Origin: Actinomycetota bacterium | Lineage (GTDB): Bacteria; Actinomycetota; Thermoleophilia; Gaiellales; Gaiellaceae | DNA: 44,886 nt | Assembly: GCA_013812265.1 (NCBI GenBank) | Contig: JACCTQ010000121.1 | Span: forward strand, 1 to 44,886 | Direction: 5' to 3' | Shown here: positions 1 to 6,998 of the stretch, one piece after another | Layout of the letters: each line of letters opens with the position of its first letter | How positions within the stretch are numbered: the stretch's first letter is position 1 | Notes under the pieces: generated by a model | What the model was told of the DNA's origin: nothing | What the model saw: the letters and a program-made list of their open reading frames with translations, nothing else | Database searches by the model: none | Program-made: the position numbers and the translations under genes

Positions 1-368
1 ATCTCCACGAGCGCTCCCGACGGGAGCGCGGCCACCTCGACCGTCGAGCGGGCAGGCGGCTCGGAGCCTACGTGACGCGCGTACACCTCGTTCATACCAG
101 GGAAGTCGGCGAGGTCGGCGAGAAAGACGGTCGTCTTCACGAGGCAATCGAGACCGCTTCCGGCTGCCTCCAGCACCGCGCGCAGATTGGCGAACACCTG
201 CTCCGTCTGCTCGCCGATCGATCCCCCCGCAAGCTCTGTTTCCCCGGGTCGGAGAGCCAGCTGCCCCGAGACGAACACGAAGGCACCTGCGCGAATCGCC
301 TGCGAGTACGGGGCGCCCTGATACGGCGCCGGAGCCCTATCGGTTCGAACAACAGCCTTGTCGGTCAT
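1..368 (-). CDS. ridA: RidA/YjgF/TdcF-family enamine/imine deaminase (3' end runs off the window)
   Basis: Absent from the ORF track because there is no stop inside the window. My translation of the minus strand from ATG 368..366 gives MTDKAVVRTDRAPAPYQGAPYSQAIRAGAFVFVSGQLAL...QTEQVFANLRAVLEAAG...VKTTVFLADLADFPGMNEVYARH...PARSTVEVAALPSGALVEI, a canonical RidA pattern. ATGA overlap with the upstream stop (365..368). Confidence 0.8.
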   Translation of the reverse strand, partial: MTDKAVVRTDRAPAPYQGAPYSQAIRAGAFVFVSGQLALRPGETELAGGSIGEQTEQVFANLRAVLEAAGSGLDCLVKTTVFLADLADFPGMNEVYARHVGSEPPARSTVEVAALPSGALVE

Positions 369-913
369 CGGTTCTCCTCGCGATTACGGGAACGGCACGC
401 CTGCGCCAGCGCGACGCCGAGCCCCTTGAAGATCGTCTCGAGGACGTGCTGGGTCTCGTCGCCGCCGATCAGGCGGATGTGGAGAGTAAGGCCGGCAGCC
501 GACGCCAGCTCGTTGACGAACGTCGCCACGAGGTCGGTCCCGAGTCCCCCGACCCGGGCGTCGGTGAGATCGACGTTGGAAACGACGAGTGGCCGGTCCG
601 ATCTTTCTAGAGCGACGTGAGCAAGCGCCTCGTCCGCCGGGACCACGGCTGAGCCGTGGCCGCGGACGCCCGGTTCCCGCAGGGGCGTCGCCAGGGCCTC
701 GCCGAGTGCGGTCGCCGCTGCCGCCACCTCGGCCTGCGCACCCGTGGGCGCGACCTCCACCGCCAGGTTGAACGAGCCGTACTCGGCGACGAGCCCCAGC
801 AAGTGATCGAGGACCGGCAGCCCTGTTACGACATTCGCCGTACCTACCCCCGCAACGGACACGCTCGCCCGCAATTGCTTGCCCGCGTATTCGCTCGCCG
901 CCACCTCGGACAC
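365..913 (-). CDS. Imidazoleglycerol-phosphate dehydratase (HisB)-like protein with degenerate metal-binding motifs
   Basis: Track ORF 365..1318 is credible only from GTG 913..911, 4 nt after the murA stop. The upstream part is Arg/Ser-rich and overlaps murA. ...VVTGLPVLDHLLGLVAEYGSFNLAVEV...VVPADEALAHVALERSDRPLVV...LTLHIRLIGGDETQHVLETIFKGLGVALAQA is colinear with IGPD. Confidence 0.65.
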   Translation of the reverse strand: MSEVAASEYAGKQLRASVSVAGVGTANVVTGLPVLDHLLGLVAEYGSFNLAVEVAPTGAQAEVAAAATALGEALATPLREPGVRGHGSAVVPADEALAHVALERSDRPLVVSNVDLTDARVGGLGTDLVATFVNELASAAGLTLHIRLIGGDETQHVLETIFKGLGVALAQACRSRNREENR

Positions 914-917
914 GGTA

Positions 918-2198
918 CTACGCGTGCACGCGCTCGATGCGCGCGCCGAGCGAGCGGAGGCGCTCATCGATGCGCTCGTATCCCTTGTCGATCTGGTAGG
1001 CGTCGCCGATGATGGATGTGCCCTCGGCGCAGAGCGCGGCGAGGAGCATCGCCATGCCCGCTCGGATATCGGGGCTCGACATCCGCTGCCCGTACAGTTT
1101 CGCCGGCCCGGTGACGACGACGCGGTGCGGATCACAGAGGATGATGCGGGCGCCCATCGAGACGAGCTTGTCGACGAAGAACAGGCGACTCTCGAACATC
1201 TTCTCGAAGATGAGAATCGTCCCGATCGCCTGCGTCGCGACCATGACGGCGATCGAGGTGAGGTCAGCCGGGAAGGCCGGCCAGGGGCCGTCCTCGATCT
1301 TCGCGATGGCTCCGCCAAGGTCGTCCTGGATCACGAGTTGCTGGTTCGGCGCCACGCGGACCGACGTGCTGCTCAGCTCGACCTCCACACCGAGCCGCTC
1401 GAACACCGGCAGGATCGGTCCCAGGTCGTCGGCCACTGCCGCGTCGATCGTGAGCTCGCCGCCCGTCAGCGCGGCCATCCCGATGAAGCTCCCGACCTCG
1501 ATGTGGTCGGCGGCGATCGCGTGGCTGCCGCCCGACAGCCGCTCCACGCCCGTGACGTGGAGCACGTTCGAGCCGATGCCCTCGATGCTGGCGCCGAGCG
1601 AGACCAGGAACCGGCAGAGGTCCTGCACGTGAGGCTCGCAAGCCGCGTTCGAGATCGTCGTCCGCCCCGGGGTTAGCGTCGCCGCCATGACGGTGTTCTC
1701 CGTCGCCATAACGGACGCCTCGTCGAGATGGATGGGCTTCCCCGTGAGCCTCTCACCGCGAATCTCGTAGCGATCGGCGATCGAGATGTCGGCACCCATC
1801 TCTGCGAAGGCGTGGATGTGCGGATCGAGGCGCCGGCGGCCGATCACGTCGCCACCGGGCGGGGGCACACTGGCACGGCCGAGCCGGGCGAGCAGCGGGC
1901 CGGCCAGCAGAAACGAGGCCCGAATCCGGCTGCCGAGCTCATCGTCGACGTGGTGCGTCGCGATGTCGGCGGCCTGCACTTGCACCTCGTTGTCACCCGC
2001 CCACTCGGCGTCCGCGCCAAGGTGGATGAGCAGATCCATCATCGTCTCGGCGTCTCGGATCCGCGGCACATTCGTGAGTGTCACCAGCTCCTCCGTGAGG
2101 AGGCAGGCGGCCAGGATGGGCAGGACCCCGTTCTTGTTGCCCGCGGCGCGGAGTCGGCCGCTGAGCGGCCGGCCACCCTCGATCACGAAGGACTCCAT
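918..2198 (-). CDS. murA: UDP-N-acetylglucosamine 1-carboxyvinyltransferase (Asp in place of the fosfomycin-target Cys)
   Basis: MESFVIEGGRPLSGRLRAAGNKNGVLPILAACLL...PPPGGDVIGRRRLDPHI... is a typical MurA along its full length. I prefer ATG 2198 (GAGGA 9 nt upstream, canonical MurA N-terminus) over the track start at GTG 2225. Confidence 0.93.
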   Translation of the reverse strand: MESFVIEGGRPLSGRLRAAGNKNGVLPILAACLLTEELVTLTNVPRIRDAETMMDLLIHLGADAEWAGDNEVQVQAADIATHHVDDELGSRIRASFLLAGPLLARLGRASVPPPGGDVIGRRRLDPHIHAFAEMGADISIADRYEIRGERLTGKPIHLDEASVMATENTVMAATLTPGRTTISNAACEPHVQDLCRFLVSLGASIEGIGSNVLHVTGVERLSGGSHAIAADHIEVGSFIGMAALTGGELTIDAAVADDLGPILPVFERLGVEVELSSTSVRVAPNQQLVIQDDLGGAIAKIEDGPWPAFPADLTSIAVMVATQAIGTILIFEKMFESRLFFVDKLVSMGARIILCDPHRVVVTGPAKLYGQRMSSPDIRAGMAMLLAALCAEGTSIIGDAYQIDKGYERIDERLRSLGARIERVHA

Positions 2199-2248
2199 CA
2201 GCCTGTCCTCGACGGCGGTCGGCACGACCTGAGTACCCTAGCTTCCCG

Positions 2249-2812
2249 ATGCAGCCGAGTCGCGAAGCCGCCTGGGAGACGCTCACGCGGCACACAAAAA
2301 GCGAGGCACTGCTCCGTCACGCCCTGGCGGTGGAGGCGGCGACGCGAGCGTACGCCCGGCGGTTCGGGGAGGACGAGGAGCTCTGGAGCGTCACGGCGCT
2401 TCTCCACGATTTCGACTACGAGATCCACCCGACGCTCGACAAGCATCCTCAAGACGGCGCTCCCATCCTCCGCGACGAGGGGTATCCGGAGGAAGTGATC
2501 GAAGCGGTCCTCTCGCACGCCGAGCATCTGTCTCTCCCCCGCGACACGCCACTCAAGCGGGCTCTCTTCGCGTGCGACGAGCTGGCCGGCTTCGTGCATG
2601 CCTGCGGCCTGGTTCGACCGGACGGGATCGACACGCTCGAGCCGCGGTCGGTCAGAAAGAAGCTGAAGCAGCCCTCTTTCGCCGCCGGCGTCAATCGCGA
2701 CGATGTCCTCAAAGGGGCCGAGGAGGTCGGCGTGGATCTGGACGAGCACATCGCCTTCGTCATCCAGGCAATGCGGCCGATTGCGCCCAAGCTTGGCCTC
2801 CGAACGAGTTAG
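2249..2812 (+). CDS. HD-domain metal-dependent phosphohydrolase
   Basis: 187-aa ORF with ...LLRHALAVEAATRAYA...ALLHDFDYE...SHAEH..., an HD superfamily signature. Divergent from murA across a 50-bp gap. Confidence 0.85.
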   Translation: MQPSREAAWETLTRHTKSEALLRHALAVEAATRAYARRFGEDEELWSVTALLHDFDYEIHPTLDKHPQDGAPILRDEGYPEEVIEAVLSHAEHLSLPRDTPLKRALFACDELAGFVHACGLVRPDGIDTLEPRSVRKKLKQPSFAAGVNRDDVLKGAEEVGVDLDEHIAFVIQAMRPIAPKLGLRTS

Positions 2813-2815
2813 CCT

Positions 2816-3904
2816 CTACTCTGCTTCGAGCGCGGCCAGGAGCCGCTCCAGGTCTTCGTCGCTCGTCCAGTAGCCGCAGGACACGCGGAGCCAACCGGTG
2901 CCCGGAAGGCGCCGCACCACCACGCCGTCGTCGTACATCCGGGCCACGAGCGCGTCAAGGTCCTCCTTCCCGGGGCTGAAGGTGACCAGCGTGCCCTGCC
3001 CGGGCTCGGTGACGACGGCGTAGCGCTCCGACAACCGCTTGCGACAGCGCTCGGCGATCTCCGCCGCGCGCTCGAACCGCCAGGCCGGCGCAGCGTCGAT
3101 GGCGGCAAGGAGCCCCGCCAGCGAGGCGGGCGGAAGCCATCCCGGGTCGAACCTCGCGGCGCCCGGCTTGGCCGTGAAGCTGCCGTCCACCTCGTACGCG
3201 GCCTGGGCGAAATACGACGGCATGGCGACGCGCAGTCGTTCCGGGTCGAGCACGCAGAGGCCGCCGGTCCCGTCCGGGCCGCAGAGCCACTTCTGCGCCG
3301 AGACCGTGTAGAAGTCGAACGGCCGCGCATCCACTTCGATCGCTCCCACCGACTGCGCTCCGTCCACGAGCACCGGCAAGGCGGTCTCGTCCTTGAGCTC
3401 CCGGATGGGCGGCAGCTTCCCGGTGAGCCATGAGATGTGGGAAAGCGCGAGCAACCTGGTCCGCGGAGTGACACAGCCGAGGATCGCGTCGAAGGATTCG
3501 TCCGCGGGCCGGTCCCGAGTGCGGGCGACCACGACGCGCGCGCCGGATACATGCAGGGGCCCGAGCAGCCCGAAGTGCTCCTCGTCGGTCGTCACAATCT
3601 CGTCCTCGGGGCCGAGATCTAATCCGGAGAGGACGATGTTGCAGCCGTCGGTGGTCGAGCTCGTCAGCGAGAGATGCTCGGCGGGCACACGAAGCAGCTC
3701 CGCCAAACGCTCGCGTGCCGCCTGCCGGAGGTTCTGCATCTCCTCGATGAAGCCGGGGCCACTGCGCCCTTCGGCGAGCTCCCTTTCACTCTGAGCGGCC
3801 ATCGCATCGTGCGTGGCCCGGGCCAGGGGGCCCATGCTCCCCGCATTCAGATACGCCTGATGCCCGAGCACGGGGAAGGCTGCGCGAGCCTCCTCGAACG
3901 TCAT
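2816..3904 (-). CDS. Class V (cysteine desulfurase/IscS-SufS-like) PLP-dependent aminotransferase
   Basis: ...AYLNAGSMGPL...LTSSTTDGCNIVL...VLVDGAQSVGAIEVD...FYTVSAQKWLCGPDGTGGL... (PLP lysine in SAQKW). Start taken at ATG 3904 (MTFEEARAAFPVLG), which forms an ATGA overlap with the upstream stop. Confidence 0.85.
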   Translation of the reverse strand: MTFEEARAAFPVLGHQAYLNAGSMGPLARATHDAMAAQSERELAEGRSGPGFIEEMQNLRQAARERLAELLRVPAEHLSLTSSTTDGCNIVLSGLDLGPEDEIVTTDEEHFGLLGPLHVSGARVVVARTRDRPADESFDAILGCVTPRTRLLALSHISWLTGKLPPIRELKDETALPVLVDGAQSVGAIEVDARPFDFYTVSAQKWLCGPDGTGGLCVLDPERLRVAMPSYFAQAAYEVDGSFTAKPGAARFDPGWLPPASLAGLLAAIDAAPAWRFERAAEIAERCRKRLSERYAVVTEPGQGTLVTFSPGKEDLDALVARMYDDGVVVRRLPGTGWLRVSCGYWTSDEDLERLLAALEAE

Positions 3905-4788
3905 CGCAACACGAGATCGACGGGCGCGTGATCGGACAGGATTCGTCCGTCGACCAGCCGGCGGTCGCGCGGCCACGGCTCGGGTGTCGACACCTCCGCT
4001 CCGCGCACGAGGATGTGGTCGATGCCCTCACCGGCGCGCGAGAAGCCCCACTGGGCCGAGGCCAGGTCCTTCATCGTGGTCGAATGGTCCGCGGTCACGT
4101 TGAAGTCTCCTGCCAGCACGCAGACGTCACCCGGCTCGGCAAGGGCATCGGCGAATACGGCGGCACGCAGAAGCTCGGCGTCCGCAAGCCGTTTGTCAGG
4201 GCGGTAGCCCGTTGCGTGCAGGTTTGCGAGCAGAGCTGCCCGTCCATCCGGAAGAATCGCGCGCACGGCCTGACAGATCCGGCGTTCCTTCGCCCACGTC
4301 CAACGGGCGACAGACGGAAGGTCGAGCCACTGGGCCTGAGCCCGCCGAAACGCTCTCGTGTTGAGCGTCAGGCAGCTCCGAGCAACGACGCGCGCCCCTT
4401 GCCCCAGGAGCAGGGCGTTTCCCTGTCCCGCGAAGGCCGACCGCAGGCGTCCCGGGTGCAGCGCCGTGAGCGCTCGTCCGAGCGCGGCTGTGGAGGGGAA
4501 CGGCCCGAGTGTCGGATGGGCCGCCACTTCCGCCACGGTGGCCATTCCGCTCCAACCGCCCAGCTTGCCGAGCGCCCAGGCCGGCACTTCCTGGAGGAAG
4601 ACGGCGGTCGGCCGGTCCGCGACGGCGAGCCGCACCATCTGCTCGAGAAACGTCCGGCGCTCGGGAGGATTCGCGTTGCCGTGGAACAGGTTCCAGCTGC
4701 GCAGGAGCAGTTCCAAGGCGGCACTAGTGTACGGGCGGTGCGCGTCATCCTTGCCGATCCCGCGGCATTTACGCCGCAGTACGACCAC
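3901..4788 (-). CDS. Endonuclease/exonuclease/phosphatase (EEP) family protein
   Basis: ...LLRSWNLFHGN...VFLQEVP...ANLHAT...VLAGDFNV...IDHILVRG...LSDHAPVDLVL contains the EEP motifs. The start is uncertain. The track start at 4788 overlaps the divergent GT gene by 50 nt, and TTG 4716 is an alternative. Confidence 0.78.
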   Translation of the reverse strand: MVVLRRKCRGIGKDDAHRPYTSAALELLLRSWNLFHGNANPPERRTFLEQMVRLAVADRPTAVFLQEVPAWALGKLGGWSGMATVAEVAAHPTLGPFPSTAALGRALTALHPGRLRSAFAGQGNALLLGQGARVVARSCLTLNTRAFRRAQAQWLDLPSVARWTWAKERRICQAVRAILPDGRAALLANLHATGYRPDKRLADAELLRAAVFADALAEPGDVCVLAGDFNVTADHSTTMKDLASAQWGFSRAGEGIDHILVRGAEVSTPEPWPRDRRLVDGRILSDHAPVDLVLR

Positions 4789-5796
4789 GAGTTGGCGGCC
4801 GCGCTGTCGATTGCGGGAGCAGACGTCCGGCTACTCACGTCACGCTTTCGATTCGGTGTGGCGCCAGCGCCCGCCGGCTACCGGCGAGAAGAGGTCTTCT
4901 ATCCGCTGACCACGCGCCTCTTCCGCCGCTCCCGGGCGCGGTTGCCGCTGAAGGCAGCGGAGCATTGCCTCGGCCTCGCGCGCCTCCGTCACGAGCGGGC
5001 GGACGTCGTCCACGTGCAGTGGCTGGCCGCCCCTGAGATCGACGACCGGCTGCTCCGGCTCACGCCACCCGCTGTGTTCACCGCCCACGACCTGCTCCCC
5101 CGGAGAACCGCCGAGAAGCACGCCCTCTGGCGTCGATTGCTCGGGCGCTTCGCGCGGATCGTGGTTCACAGCGAGCGCGGCCGCCATGCGCTCGCGGAGA
5201 TCGGAGTGCCCGAGGCACAGTTGCGGGTGATCGCCCACCCTGCGTTTCGGAGCGATCCCGTCCGGCGCGACGACGGGCGAACGCTTCTCTGTCTCGGCGT
5301 GATCCGTCCGTACAAGGGACTTGCGGACGCCATCGAGGCAGTCAGGCAGGTCGCCGGCGCACGGCTCCTCGTCGCGGGCGATCCGGCGGAGCCTGTCGAT
5401 CGTTACAGGCAGGCAGCCGGCCCTCTCGCGGAGTGGCGATTGGGATATCTATCCGATGCCGAGCTCGACCGGGCGCTCGGCGAGACGACCGTAGGACTAT
5501 TCCCCTACCGAGGAGAGATCGACCAGAGCGGTGCCCTGCTGCGAGTACTCGGAGCCGGCGTCCCCGCCATCGTCTACGACGTGGGCGGACTCCCCGACCC
5601 GGTTCGCGCGTTCGGAGCCGGCCGCGTTGTTCCACCGGGAGACGTGGGCGCGCTCGCCGGCGCGGTCACCGACCTGCTCGAGAACCCGGACGCGCTCGCT
5701 GAGGCCCGAGACGGCGCTCGCCGCGCGGCGGACTCGCTCACGTGGGAGAAGGCGGCGTCCGACCATCTCGAGGTGTACCGCGAGGTCGTTCGATGA
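4738..5796 (+). CDS. GT-B glycosyltransferase (family 4 / Glycos_transf_1)
   Basis: Only the C-terminal 352 codons of track ORF 3928..5796 look real, starting at GTG 4738 (VRVILADPAAFTPQYDHELAAAL...). The C-terminal half ...LLCLGVIRPYKGL...LLVAGD...FPYRGEIDQSGALLRVLGAGVPAIVYDVGGLPD is a typical GT1/GT4 domain. Confidence 0.85.
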   Translation: MRVILADPAAFTPQYDHELAAALSIAGADVRLLTSRFRFGVAPAPAGYRREEVFYPLTTRLFRRSRARLPLKAAEHCLGLARLRHERADVVHVQWLAAPEIDDRLLRLTPPAVFTAHDLLPRRTAEKHALWRRLLGRFARIVVHSERGRHALAEIGVPEAQLRVIAHPAFRSDPVRRDDGRTLLCLGVIRPYKGLADAIEAVRQVAGARLLVAGDPAEPVDRYRQAAGPLAEWRLGYLSDAELDRALGETTVGLFPYRGEIDQSGALLRVLGAGVPAIVYDVGGLPDPVRAFGAGRVVPPGDVGALAGAVTDLLENPDALAEARDGARRAADSLTWEKAASDHLEVYREVVR

Positions 5797-6095
5797 GAGA
5801 CCGGTTCGACGAGCTCATCGCGCGCCAACTCAGCCTGTTCGAGACGGATCACGCACAGCTCATCCGCGACTGCGACCAAGCAGAGCGAGCCTACGATCTA
5901 GCGGCGAAGGATGAGGCCGAGGAGCGCTACGGCGATTTCCTGGACCTCGTCGAGACGGCCACCGAGGCGCTCGCGGACATCCGGGACCATTACTCGTGGA
6001 CTCTGACCCGCGATATCGCGATTGCCTACGAGCAAGCATTCAATCGGGCTGTCCTGAAATGGTTTCCGCGCTTTGCGCTCGGACTGGAGCCATGA
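5793..6095 (+). CDS. Hypothetical helical protein (100 aa)
   Basis: ATG 5793 forms an ATGA overlap with the GT stop. MRDRFDELIARQLSLFETDHAQLIRDCDQAERAYDLAAKDEAEERYGDFLDLVE... has protein-like composition. I recognise no family. Confidence 0.55.
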   Translation: MRDRFDELIARQLSLFETDHAQLIRDCDQAERAYDLAAKDEAEERYGDFLDLVETATEALADIRDHYSWTLTRDIAIAYEQAFNRAVLKWFPRFALGLEP

Positions 6096-6120
6096 ACCGG
6101 CTCGGGCCGGTTGCATTTGT
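6095..6120 (+). terminator. Possible intrinsic terminator after the 5793..6095 gene
   Basis: AACCGGC-tcgg-GCCGGTT hairpin (6095..6112) followed by GCATTTGT. The T tract is weak. Confidence 0.4.
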
Positions 6121-6139
6121 GACAACGCTGCCGTACACT
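6111..6139 (+). promoter_or_regulatory. Candidate sigma-70-type promoter for the secreted protease gene
   Basis: TTGCAT (6111..6116), a 17-nt spacer, then TACACT (6134..6139, TAnnnT). GAGGGGGG Shine-Dalgarno lies just before ATG 6174. Pattern match only. Confidence 0.3.
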
Positions 6140-6173
6140 CCGCGCGCTGACTGACGTCCTAGAGGGGGGTTTC

Positions 6174-6944
6174 ATGCGCGTACGTCCGTTCTTCCTTCTG
6201 GCTGCCCTGGCGCTTCTAGCCGCCGGCACGACAGCCTCGACCGCCTCGGCAAGCCATGCCTGGGGTAACTACCACTGGGCTCGCACGGCGAACCCGTTCA
6301 CCGTTCCGCTGGGCGACAACGTCTCCAACACGGCCTATTCGAACTGGGACGGGGCGCTCGCAGGAGCATCTGCCGACTGGACGGCGTCGAGTGTGCTCAA
6401 CTCGCCTGTCGTTACGGGTACGGCAGGCAATCCAAGGCGGTGCAACGCGACCAACGGCCGCATCGAGGTGTGCAACACCACATACGGCTACAACGGCTGG
6501 CTGGGTCTTGCCCAGATCTGGACAACCGGCGGCCACATCGTCAAGGCGAGCGCCAAGATGAACGACACCTATTTCAACTCCACGCGGTACAACTACACGG
6601 CCGAGCGGCACGTCATGTGCCAGGAGATCGGGCACGGCTACGGGCTCGGGCATCAGGACGAGTCCGGCGCTGACCTGAATACCTGCATGGACTACGCGGA
6701 CGCGCTCGACAATCCGAGCCCAAACGCACACGATTACCAGCAGCTGGAGACCATCTACGCACACACGGACTCGTCGAGCACGGTGTCCTCGGTGGCAGCC
6801 GCGCAGCTGCCCGAGAACGCCTCCCCGATTGCGACGCAGCGGCTGGACACCATCCGGACGTCGTCCATCGTCGAGGACTTCGGGCACGGTTTCCGGATCT
6901 ACACGCACATCACCTGGGCGCTCGAAGGCCTGGGCAAGCCCTAG
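6174..6944 (+). CDS. Secreted zinc-metalloprotease-like protein (metzincin-type motif with Gln at the first His)
   Basis: Signal peptide MRVRPFFLLAALALLAAGTTASTASA|SHA. Motif ...HVMCQEIGHGYGLGHQDE...NTCMDY... resembles HExxHxxGxxH plus a Met-turn. Confidence 0.8.
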   Translation: MRVRPFFLLAALALLAAGTTASTASASHAWGNYHWARTANPFTVPLGDNVSNTAYSNWDGALAGASADWTASSVLNSPVVTGTAGNPRRCNATNGRIEVCNTTYGYNGWLGLAQIWTTGGHIVKASAKMNDTYFNSTRYNYTAERHVMCQEIGHGYGLGHQDESGADLNTCMDYADALDNPSPNAHDYQQLETIYAHTDSSSTVSSVAAAQLPENASPIATQRLDTIRTSSIVEDFGHGFRIYTHITWALEGLGKP

Positions 6945-6966
6945 AAAACTTTTCCTCAGCTTGGAG

Positions 6967-6995
6967 AAAGGGCCGCAACCGCGGCCCTTTGTCTT
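6967..6995. terminator. Bidirectional intrinsic terminator between convergent protease and dnaE2 genes
   Basis: Perfect 10-bp stem AAAGGGCCGC-aacc-GCGGCCCTTT (6967..6990) flanked by A/T tracts on both sides. It sits in the 54-bp gap between the two stops. Confidence 0.65.
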
Positions 6996-6998
6996 GCG

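Noticed and set aside
3928-4737. N-terminal 270 codons of the 622-aa plus-strand ORF 3928..5796
   Set aside because: It is antisense to the EEP-family gene. The glycosyltransferase similarity starts at GTG 4738.
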